Shown here one piece after another: positions 56,749 through 64,000 of a DNA stretch of 64,000 nt (positions are counted from its first letter, which is position 1; each line of letters starts with the position of its first letter). The notes under the pieces were generated by a model. That model was given only the letters and a program-made list of their open reading frames with translations. It did no database searches and had not been told where the DNA came from. Source of the DNA: an uncultured Acidobacteriaceae bacterium (GTDB lineage Bacteria > Acidobacteriota > Terriglobia > Terriglobales > Acidobacteriaceae); assembly GCA_963767045.1 (NCBI GenBank), contig CAVYCQ010000003.1, positions 658,238-722,237 of the forward strand, in the 5' to 3' direction. The translations under genes were made by a program, and so were the position numbers.

Positions 56749-57018
56749 ATGTTCACAGATCCCAAGCAGACATTTCGGGGGATAACACGCGCTTTGTTTG
56801 CGCGTTTGCGCAAGAAGGCCTCCAGAATCGGTTTCCCCGTCGCGAAGCGCGTTGGCAGCGCGAAGAAGGATGGAATCAGAATCCACTGGAACTATGATCC
56901 GCAGTCGGAAGTCCTGGAAGTGCAGTGCAGCACACCGTTTTGGATAAACGCCGGCCGTGTGAATGAGGAGCTGCGCCGCGAGATCGAAGCCACGATTCGC
57001 TCCCACCGGGCCGCGTAG
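56749..57018 (+). CDS. hypothetical small basic protein
   Basis: ATG 56749 with AGGAG 8-12 nt upstream. 89 aa. No family recognised. Confidence 0.5.
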   Translation: MFTDPKQTFRGITRALFARLRKKASRIGFPVAKRVGSAKKDGIRIHWNYDPQSEVLEVQCSTPFWINAGRVNEELRREIEATIRSHRAA

Positions 57019-57044
57019 CCCCGGAGTTCCCCGCCCTTCCAACT

Positions 57045-58196
57045 TCAGGGCTGGCCTGGCGACTCTTTTATATATTGTCGCAACTCGGCGACGTTGTAGC
57101 AGTGGGAGAACGCCGAATCACGCAGAATGCGCCCGCTCCCGACCAACTCGGCCAGTGATTGCTCCATGGTCATCATGCCCTCTGCACGGCCGGTAGAGAT
57201 GTGGGAGCGAATCTGGTGGTCTTGACCAGTCCGGATCAGGTTACGTATGGCTGTCGTGGCCATCAGAATCTCGACGGCGGGGTAGCGGCCCCCGTTATCT
57301 GCAGCCGGCACGAGCTGTTGGGTGACAATGGCCACGAGGGCCAGGGATAGCTGCTGCCGAATCTGAGATTGATGCCCCGCCGGAAAAATATCCAGGATGC
57401 GCGAGATGCTCTGAGAAGTATCGTTAGTGTGCAGGGAGGAGAGCACCAGGTGCCCGGTTTCGGCTGCCGTGAGCGCAGCAGACATGGTCTCCGCGTCGCG
57501 CATTTCTCCCACCAGGATCACGTCGGGATCCTGACGTAATACAGCCCTCACCGCTTGCGCAAACGAGGGCGTGTCATGGCCCACTTCGATCTGCTCCACA
57601 ATGGAGTTATGGTTCGCATGCTCGTACTCGACGGGATCCTCGATGGTGATGATGTGATCGCGACGACGGTCGTTGATCAAGCCAAGCAGCGCAGCGAGTG
57701 TCGAAGTCTTGCCACAACCAGTCGGGCCCGTGAGCAGAACCAACCCCTGTCGCCGTTCCGCCAGCTCCGCCAGTGCGGGCGGCAGGTGCAACGATTCGAG
57801 CGACGGAATCTGCGCAGGTAATAGGCGAATGCAGGCCGCCAGCGTACCGCGCTGGTGGTGGAAGTTGGCTCGGAATCTCCCAATCTGCCCGCGCGCAAAG
57901 CAGAAGTCCAACGACTTGTTCCGTTCCAGTTCCTCTGCCTGACGGGCGGTTAATAACGGAAGCAGTAAGCTGCGTATCTCTTCTGCCGATAGCGGCTTGC
58001 CGGCAGCTGGGGTCAGGGAGCCTTTGACTCGCAGCGCGATCGCCGAACCAGCCACCAATACAATGTCCGAAGCGCCTCGTTGGGAAGCGAGCACCAATAG
58101 GCGATCGATCGAGGAATTTCCGCCGCTTATCGTGGTTGCCCGCGAACGATTTAATTCGTCGACAAGCCGCGAAAGTTCATTCCCGGAGGCAGCCAT
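57045..58196 (-). CDS. pilT: PilT/PilU-family type IV pilus retraction-type ATPase
   Basis: ASDI.L..G, Walker A TGPTGCGKTSTL, Asp box ITIEDPVEYEH, Walker B ILVGEMRD and His box LVLSSLHTN. Start MAASGNEL at 58196 (the ORF extends to 58238). Confidence 0.85.
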   Translation of the reverse strand: MAASGNELSRLVDELNRSRATTISGGNSSIDRLLVLASQRGASDIVLVAGSAIALRVKGSLTPAAGKPLSAEEIRSLLLPLLTARQAEELERNKSLDFCFARGQIGRFRANFHHQRGTLAACIRLLPAQIPSLESLHLPPALAELAERRQGLVLLTGPTGCGKTSTLAALLGLINDRRRDHIITIEDPVEYEHANHNSIVEQIEVGHDTPSFAQAVRAVLRQDPDVILVGEMRDAETMSAALTAAETGHLVLSSLHTNDTSQSISRILDIFPAGHQSQIRQQLSLALVAIVTQQLVPAADNGGRYPAVEILMATTAIRNLIRTGQDHQIRSHISTGRAEGMMTMEQSLAELVGSGRILRDSAFSHCYNVAELRQYIKESPGQP

Positions 58197-58285
58197 TGGC
58201 CCTTTCAGCAAACGGAAGAGACAGAACCATTTTAGCAACGGGCCGGCCGACCCAAATTGCCTGGGTAGCGGTATGCTAGAGGGCT

Positions 58286-58384
58286 ATGAACTGGCTACCT
58301 TCGCTGCGCGCCATAGCCATTTTTGCCGTACTTCTGGCGTTTTTTGCAGTGACCTATTGGGCCTGCGCCGGGCATGGGCGCTGA
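58286..58384 (+). CDS. possible 32-aa hydrophobic peptide (below ORF-track cutoff)
   Basis: ATG 58286 preceded by AGAGGG (58276-58281). MNWLPSLRAIAIFAVLLAFFAVTYWACAGHGR, stop TGA 58382-58384. Lies 52 nt upstream of the AI-2E transporter gene. Confidence 0.3.
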   Translation: MNWLPSLRAIAIFAVLLAFFAVTYWACAGHGR

Positions 58385-58436
58385 TGCAAAAAGCACCGGT
58401 AAGACCACTTCCCGAATTGAGGGTCTAAGATGAGAC

Positions 58437-59543
58437 ATGCTCAGTAAGGTTTGGGATCCGAAGACCGCCCGAATCCTGTGTACGGCGCTCATCTTTGTTC
58501 TGGGATTGGCCTTTCTACACGCCGCGCGTGAGACCCTGACGCTGTTCCTCTTTGCCATCCTGTTTGCGTATTTTCTCGCCCCCCTGGTTTCGCGGCTGGA
58601 AGGACCTTTGCGCGGCCGCATTCAAGCGATTGCCGCGGTCTACCTGGTCTTGATTGCTCTGCTGGTTGGCCTCGGCTTTCTGGTGGGGCCCAAGGTCGCC
58701 GATGAGGGCAAATCGCTTGCCGCCAGCCTTCCCACACTTCTGAACCAGGCAGGTTCTGGTGAGCTGGTCACCCAGGTGGGCCAAGAGCATGGATGGAGTG
58801 GAGCCCGGCAAGCCCAGATCCAAAGCTTCTTCCGTTCGCATAAGGATGTCATTCTCGGTTATGGTGCGGCGATCGGCCAGAAGCTGGCAGTGCCGGCGCA
58901 ACATATTTGGTGGCTGATTCTTATCCCCATACTCAGCATCTTCTTCCTAAAAGACGGCAAATCCATCGGTGAGAATCTGGCCGCGATGGGACGCGACCCG
59001 CAAGAGAGGAAGACGGTTGGCGGGATCGTGGCGGATGTGAATATCATGCTCGGCAGCTACATGCGCGCGCAGCTCATTCTTGCTTCGCTCACCATGGTGA
59101 TATACACGCTGGTGCTGAGCGCCCTGCACCTGCGATACGCCTTGATTCTTGGTCCTCTCGCGGGGATATTCGAGTTTATTCCTGTGATCGGTCCGGCCGT
59201 GGCAGCAATCATTGTCTTCGTGATCGCAGTGCTGACCAGCTACCCTCACTTGATTTGGATTGTGATCTTTCTTGGCAGCTGGCGTTTGCTGCAGGACTAC
59301 GTCAATGCCCCGCGCATTATGGGCAAGTCTCTCGAGATCTCGCCTCTGGTGCAAATCCTGGCGGTGCTGGCTGGAGGAGAAATTGCCGGGGTTGTCGGGG
59401 CCCTGGTTTCGGTCCCGGCCGTCGCTACGCTACGCATTCTCTGGAAACGGTTGACCAGCGACAAGGGCGTCGATGCGCCGGTTGCGCCTAACTCCGGTGA
59501 ACAGCTGGTCTCTGCTCAACCGGCGACTGCAACGAGAAGCTGA
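58437..59543 (+). CDS. AI-2E family transporter (PerM/UPF0118)
   Basis: Multi-TM profile with the ..LTLFLFAILFAYFL.P.V start and the late FIP.IGP......V and LL.Y...P.IMG blocks of the family. Confidence 0.85.
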   Translation: MLSKVWDPKTARILCTALIFVLGLAFLHAARETLTLFLFAILFAYFLAPLVSRLEGPLRGRIQAIAAVYLVLIALLVGLGFLVGPKVADEGKSLAASLPTLLNQAGSGELVTQVGQEHGWSGARQAQIQSFFRSHKDVILGYGAAIGQKLAVPAQHIWWLILIPILSIFFLKDGKSIGENLAAMGRDPQERKTVGGIVADVNIMLGSYMRAQLILASLTMVIYTLVLSALHLRYALILGPLAGIFEFIPVIGPAVAAIIVFVIAVLTSYPHLIWIVIFLGSWRLLQDYVNAPRIMGKSLEISPLVQILAVLAGGEIAGVVGALVSVPAVATLRILWKRLTSDKGVDAPVAPNSGEQLVSAQPATATRS

Positions 59544-59568
59544 CGCACCGACGTTACGCGAGGCAGGG

Positions 59569-60045
59569 CTATTCGCGAAGCCAGTACTGCGTACGCCCGA
59601 GCATGGAAATGCCGATAAACCCGCGCACCTTCAGCTTGGACCCGCCGTCCTCGACGGAAAGCAAGCACTTGTAGGTCTTACCAGTCGCCGGGTCGAGTAT
59701 CGTCCCTCCGGACCATTCGTCGCCGTCTTTTTGCAGATCCCAAAGGATCCGCATCCCAACCACCGGTTTTCCTTTCTGTGCTCCCGCGCAGCCATCACAG
59801 GTGGGGTTCGGGTCCTTCGGATCGGGGTTCACCAGCTTTTGAACTCGCCCAAACAACTTGCCACCCTCTTCCCAGATAAGGACCACCGACTTCGCCTTAC
59901 CTGTAATGTCATCGACGGTCTTCCATCGACCTACGGGCGATTTTGCAGGCGCGGTTTGAGTGCCCGCTGCCGCCTCGACTCGAGGGGTGAATGCGGAGCC
60001 GAGGCTTATCGACAAGACTAGTCCCAAGAGGAAATATGGTCTCAT
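59569..60045 (-). CDS. DUF2147 domain-containing secreted protein
   Basis: Signal peptide. GRWKTVDD.TGK.KS.V.IWE..GKL.G.V.KL, C..C, G..I.W.L...G..W.GG.I.DP..GK.Y.C and L.VRG blocks. Confidence 0.8.
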   Translation of the reverse strand: MRPYFLLGLVLSISLGSAFTPRVEAAAGTQTAPAKSPVGRWKTVDDITGKAKSVVLIWEEGGKLFGRVQKLVNPDPKDPNPTCDGCAGAQKGKPVVGMRILWDLQKDGDEWSGGTILDPATGKTYKCLLSVEDGGSKLKVRGFIGISMLGRTQYWLRE

Positions 60046-60295
60046 TGCAGTCCTCGTGTATTGGATACTCTAAAACAACTCAGGTGCTGCCTCCGCCTGG
60101 AAATTAGCATTATCTTTCTTGCGTTCCGCGCGCCCCTGGGAGCCTGCCCAACAACAGAAAAATCAGGAAGGGTCAGACTGGCAAAATGCTAAGCCGCGCT
60201 TCGCTTTGCACTTGAGGTAAATACTTAAACTAAACATGGAGGTATGGGTTTCGAGATTATACTTCCCACACATCGAAATCGCTCCCGAGGTCCAC

Positions 60296-60829
60296 ATGAG
60301 AAGACTGGTCTTCCTGCTGCTCCTGGCTATACCGTTTGCTGCTCCAGCTCAAGACAAGAAGCCGCCTACCACCCTTCGGGGTGTACTGCTGGAGCAGCTC
60401 CGCACCACGCACGACGATGAGGACTGGTTCGTCCCGGCAAACGTCGCCGTAGCAGGCCTGACTGCGGAACAGGCCAAATGGAGCCCCGGAAAAGGCAACC
60501 ACTCAGTCGGCCAGTTGGCCTACCATCTTTGGTACTGGGACGCCCGCTCGCTTAGCCGGTTCAAAGGCGAGAAGCCTGCACCCTTCGACGGAAACAACAA
60601 CGAGACTTTTGACAATTTCACCGCCGTCCAATGGGACGACTTGGTGAAAAAGCTAAACCAGGTGATGACCGATTGGGAGAAAGCCGTCGAAAGAGCCGAC
60701 GACAAGAAGTTGGCTGAGAATGCCTCCCTCATCGCCCACGTGGGAGCACACAACGCCTACCACCTTGGCCAGATTCTTTACGTCCGCAAGCTGCAAGGTG
60801 CCTGGGACCCAAGCAAGGGTGTGAAATAG
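60296..60829 (+). CDS. DinB-family protein, secreted
   Basis: ATG 60296 after GAGG. Signal peptide MRRLVFLLLLAIPFAAPAQ. HSVGQLAYHLWYWD and HNAYHLGQILYVRK His motifs. Confidence 0.75.
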   Translation: MRRLVFLLLLAIPFAAPAQDKKPPTTLRGVLLEQLRTTHDDEDWFVPANVAVAGLTAEQAKWSPGKGNHSVGQLAYHLWYWDARSLSRFKGEKPAPFDGNNNETFDNFTAVQWDDLVKKLNQVMTDWEKAVERADDKKLAENASLIAHVGAHNAYHLGQILYVRKLQGAWDPSKGVK

Positions 60830-60908
60830 AACAGCTGCGCCGTTGGACCTGAAAGGATCGCCAAAGGAAGTCGCCTTCGATGCTTCCTCTAACTCCCAGC
60901 GAGTAAGT

Positions 60909-60934
60909 GCGCCAATGCGGTGGCGCGATTTTCT
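60909..60934 (+). terminator. possible intrinsic terminator downstream of the DinB-family gene
   Basis: GCGCCA (60909-60914) / ATGCGG / TGGCGC (60921-60926) followed by GATTTTCT. Confidence 0.4.
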
Positions 60935-60964
60935 GATCTGGGGCGCTGCCATCACTGTCGACAG

Positions 60965-61756
60965 CTAAGTTCGCGTTGTTCGCCGGAAAGATCTGCGAAT
61001 TTTCATTAGTTCATAGAATGCGGTAAAGAAATCGAGCGGCCTCACCTTCGACCCAGCGACATCCTCCCAGCGCGGCAATGCGTACTCGTAAATTGCCCGA
61101 TCGGCGAAGGACGCATCCTTGTTGTGTAAGGCCATAAAGCGGGCAATGATCTCGACGTCAAAGATCCAGCGCGACTGAAAGGGCGAAGCGAGAATCGATT
61201 TCAATACGGGGGTAACGCGGAAGAGTTTCGCGCCACACTGCGTATCGTAAATCGGCAGCTCTAACATGATCGAAACAGCGGTGGCGAAGAAACGCCCGAG
61301 GTAGTGGCGAATGGCCCTTCTATGGATGAAGTGCCCGAGAAGCCGCACTCGAGAGCCAAAAATCATTTCCAGGTCGGGATCTTCGATCAATCTGTTTAGG
61401 AGCCGAGGGATAACACTTAATGGCGTAGCCAGGTCCGCGTCCCAGAATCCCGTGACCACGACATCTTCCAGAGCAATGGCGGCCAGCATACCAGCGCGTA
61501 CCGCCTCCGCCTTACCACCATTTGGCTGCTTATCGAGGACGTGAATGCGCTCGGGATGTTTTGTCCGCAATGCGTCAAGCACGCTCAGAGTTGGGTCCGT
61601 GCTGCCATCGTTGACAAATAAGAATTCCACTTGCTGGTCTTCCGCGAGGAATTCGGAAAAGAGAAATGGCTGCAGTCGGGCTGCTTCGTTATAACAGGGG
61701 ACCACAACAACACACCGTGCTCCGGGAGCCATACTTCTCCCGATTTGTTTGTCCAT
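60965..61756 (-). CDS. family 2 glycosyltransferase (dolichyl/polyprenyl-phosphate glycosyltransferase-like)
   Basis: VVVPCYNEA, FVNDGSTD, NGGKAEAV and WDADL (DxD-like) blocks. Alternative start ATG 61732. Confidence 0.85.
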   Translation of the reverse strand: MDKQIGRSMAPGARCVVVVPCYNEAARLQPFLFSEFLAEDQQVEFLFVNDGSTDPTLSVLDALRTKHPERIHVLDKQPNGGKAEAVRAGMLAAIALEDVVVTGFWDADLATPLSVIPRLLNRLIEDPDLEMIFGSRVRLLGHFIHRRAIRHYLGRFFATAVSIMLELPIYDTQCGAKLFRVTPVLKSILASPFQSRWIFDVEIIARFMALHNKDASFADRAIYEYALPRWEDVAGSKVRPLDFFTAFYELMKIRRSFRRTTRT

Positions 61757-61940
61757 CCAAAAACCTCAGGGATCCGGAGTTGTGCACTGGCGAGGTCGCT
61801 CGATGCGGCAAAAAGCTCGCTGGATTGATCCTACTACCGTGCCAGGAGGCTACTGTCGGGAAACGGCTGCGCTGGGACGAGGCCCGGCACCGCCTGTTAA
61901 GCTAGGACGTCCCGGAGAATTCTTCACTAACGGAGTTGTT

Positions 61941-63368
61941 ATGTCGACGCAAGCATTAGCGACACAGGCTAAAGAGCTTTTCCACTATCTTTTTCAGCAA
62001 GCGTCACTGGGAATCGCGGTGGAGGATCCGGATGGGACGCTCCTGCTCGCCAACCCGGCACTTTGCTCCATGCTGGGATACGGGCAGAACGAACTGTGCG
62101 GCATGAACTGTTCCCAGTTTGCCCATCCCGAAGATTCCGAGGACGACTGGGCTCTATTTCAGCAGCTCCGAGAAGGGCTCATCGACCAGTACTCACTGGA
62201 AAAACGCTATGTGAAAAAAGATGGCACTAAGATTTGGGGGCGTCTGAATGTTTCTCTATTGAATAACACCGAGATAGGCTCCCCGCTGGTCTTTGCCTTT
62301 TTGGAGGATATTACCGAACGGAAGCAAACAGAGAACGCGTTGCGTGATAGCGAGCAGCGGTTTCGTTTGGCGGCGTACGCGGGAAAAATGTTCTCCTACG
62401 AGTGGGATGCAGCTAGCGATGTGATCGTGCGCTCGGGAGAGGCCGTGGAGCTGATGTGCACCGATAAGCCATCGCAACTCACGACTGGTCGAGAAATATC
62501 GGCTAAGATTTTCCCCGACGACCGGGAGAAAGTTTCGGCCGCGGATGCTGCGCTGAGCGTGGAAAACCCTCTCCTTCGAGTAAGCCATCGCTTGGTACGG
62601 TCAGACGGTAGTGTCATTTGGGTGGAGAAAACCGGTCTCGCGCACTTTGATGAGCAAGGCAAAATGCTGCGGATTGTCGGCATGGTGACAGAGATTACGG
62701 AGCGCAAACTGGCAGAAGCAGCGCTCGCAGACGTTAGCCGGAGGCTGATTGATGCCCAGGAGCAGGAGCGCAGCCGGATCGCCAGAGAGCTTCACGACGA
62801 CATTGGCCAGCGTCTTGCCTTATTGGCCGTCCGCCTGGAACAACTTCATCAGGACCCTCATGATTTGCCTGAAATCCGCCGCCGTATCAGCGAATTGCAC
62901 ACAGAGGCCATCGAGCTCGCGGCCGATACGCAAACTTTGTCGCACGAGTTGCACTCGACCAAACTGGAATATCTGGGCCTGGTTGCCGCCATGCGCGGCC
63001 TCTGCCTGGAGCTGGGGGAAGAGACGAAGGTGAAGATTGACTTTAAAAACCACGATTTGCCCAGTCCCCTGCCGCCGGACATCTCTCTTTGCCTCTTTCG
63101 CGTGCTTCAGGAGGCCCTGCACAATTCGCTAAAACACAGCGGGGCACGCGAGGTCGAGGTGGGCTTGTGGGGGACGCCGGATGAGATTCATCTCATGGTG
63201 AGTGACCTAGGTATCGGCTTTGACAGCGAAGCAGGAAAAGCACGTCGGGGGCTTGGCCTGGTCAGCATGGAGGAGCGGCTCAAGCTGCTGTGTGGAACCC
63301 TATCGATCGAATCGGAGCCTAAGCGTGGTACAACGATCCACGCTCGCGTGCCTCTCGGTTCGGCTTGA
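61941..63368 (+). CDS. cytoplasmic PAS-PAS sensor histidine kinase (HisKA_3 + HATPase_c)
   Basis: ATG 61941 after GGAG. Two PAS modules (..GIAVEDPDGTLLLANPALCSMLGY.., ..EWDAASDVIVRSGE..). RIARELHDDIGQ H-box. GLGLVSMEERL..GG.L. Confidence 0.85.
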   Translation: MSTQALATQAKELFHYLFQQASLGIAVEDPDGTLLLANPALCSMLGYGQNELCGMNCSQFAHPEDSEDDWALFQQLREGLIDQYSLEKRYVKKDGTKIWGRLNVSLLNNTEIGSPLVFAFLEDITERKQTENALRDSEQRFRLAAYAGKMFSYEWDAASDVIVRSGEAVELMCTDKPSQLTTGREISAKIFPDDREKVSAADAALSVENPLLRVSHRLVRSDGSVIWVEKTGLAHFDEQGKMLRIVGMVTEITERKLAEAALADVSRRLIDAQEQERSRIARELHDDIGQRLALLAVRLEQLHQDPHDLPEIRRRISELHTEAIELAADTQTLSHELHSTKLEYLGLVAAMRGLCLELGEETKVKIDFKNHDLPSPLPPDISLCLFRVLQEALHNSLKHSGAREVEVGLWGTPDEIHLMVSDLGIGFDSEAGKARRGLGLVSMEERLKLLCGTLSIESEPKRGTTIHARVPLGSA

Positions 63369-63378
63369 GGGGCACTTA

Positions 63379-64000
63379 TTAGTGGGTATGGGAATAAACG
63401 ACTGAGTGTTCTGCGCAGATCTTCTGGTAGATGTAACTTTGCTGCTCGCGCTGGAAGCTGTTCAACACATACCCGCACAGAATATCCACGTTGCGGGTCT
63501 TAGCCATTTCATCCGTGAGATGTTCGACCTGGACAGCGGCCTCCGCGTTACCTCGCGCCCACAAGGTAGGTGCAAATTCGCCACAAGCGGCAACTCGGGC
63601 ATGCTTTCCTGTCGCCATCTCGGCCGCGGAAGAGAGTACATCCCCGAAGACCTTCCGGAATCGAACCGGGTCAGGCAAATCACCCACCATGAATGTGGAG
63701 AGCGCCTGGTCAACATCCAAAGAGAGATAGAGCCCTTGCTCCATGGCGGCTACTCCATCCACGCCACGCGCCAGCAATCTTTCAAGAAGGCTCTTCCGGT
63801 GGCCCTCCGTCGCGACCGCGATCACGGGATTTCCTGCCTTCAGACCAACTTCGATGAAAGCGGTAAGGCCGGATAGAAAAGCTTCGTCGTCTGGATAGAA
63901 CTGAACCTCATGGCAGTGAGTACTTTCAGGGGTAGAGCCGGCCCATGGGTGGTCTGATAGTCCTTTGCTGACAAACTGCCTACCCTGGCAAACCGCTTCC
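63379..64000 (-). CDS. MEDS-domain protein (5' end beyond window)
   Basis: The track ORF starts at GTG 63825, but the frame is open to base 64000. The upstream residues HCHEVQFYPDDEAFLSGLTAFIEVGLKAGNPVIAVA carry the MEDS signature (H.VQFY..D), so the true start is at or beyond the window edge. Confidence 0.7.
   Translation of the reverse strand, partial: EAVCQGRQFVSKGLSDHPWAGSTPESTHCHEVQFYPDDEAFLSGLTAFIEVGLKAGNPVIAVATEGHRKSLLERLLARGVDGVAAMEQGLYLSLDVDQALSTFMVGDLPDPVRFRKVFGDVLSSAAEMATGKHARVAACGEFAPTLWARGNAEAAVQVEHLTDEMAKTRNVDILCGYVLNSFQREQQSYIYQKICAEHSVVYSHTH

Overview
GC-rich 64 kb chromosomal segment. It looks acidobacterial, based on four ADOP-type orphan MacB-like permeases and several families of palindromic intergenic repeats. 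This attribution rests on recalled family knowledge, not a search. Most of the window is housekeeping or accessory metabolism. It holds a translationally coupled heme operon (ccsA/hemX-like, hemA, hemC, hemD), mutS-nagZ-anmK plus a family-5 solute-binding protein, sseA-msrB-msrA, an S53 peptidase, a UPF0182 membrane protein, two HisKA_3 sensor kinases with no response regulator in view, a PilT-like ATPase, and assorted DUF, DinB and hydrolase genes. There is no rRNA, CRISPR array, transposase, integrase or phage gene. The main result is a complete selenocysteine-decoding locus: tRNA-Sec selC (minus strand, 39069..39163) and selD-selA-selB (39283..43759). It is followed directly by two genes that the ORF track splits at in-frame TGA codons. 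Each TGA falls exactly on a conserved redox cysteine and is followed by a SECIS-like hairpin. The first gene is an AhpD/CMD-family protein with C-P-Y-U (TGA 44052..44054). The second is a membrane-anchored DUF3179-family protein with U-T-L-C in place of the family C-P-L-C (TGA 45254..45256). The DUF3179 case is the best candidate for something undescribed. Secondary signals are three related intergenic repeat families (one shows compensatory stem substitutions between copies) and a long inverted repeat in front of one ADOP permease gene. All product calls come from motifs read by eye and recalled family signatures. No searches or folding programs were run.
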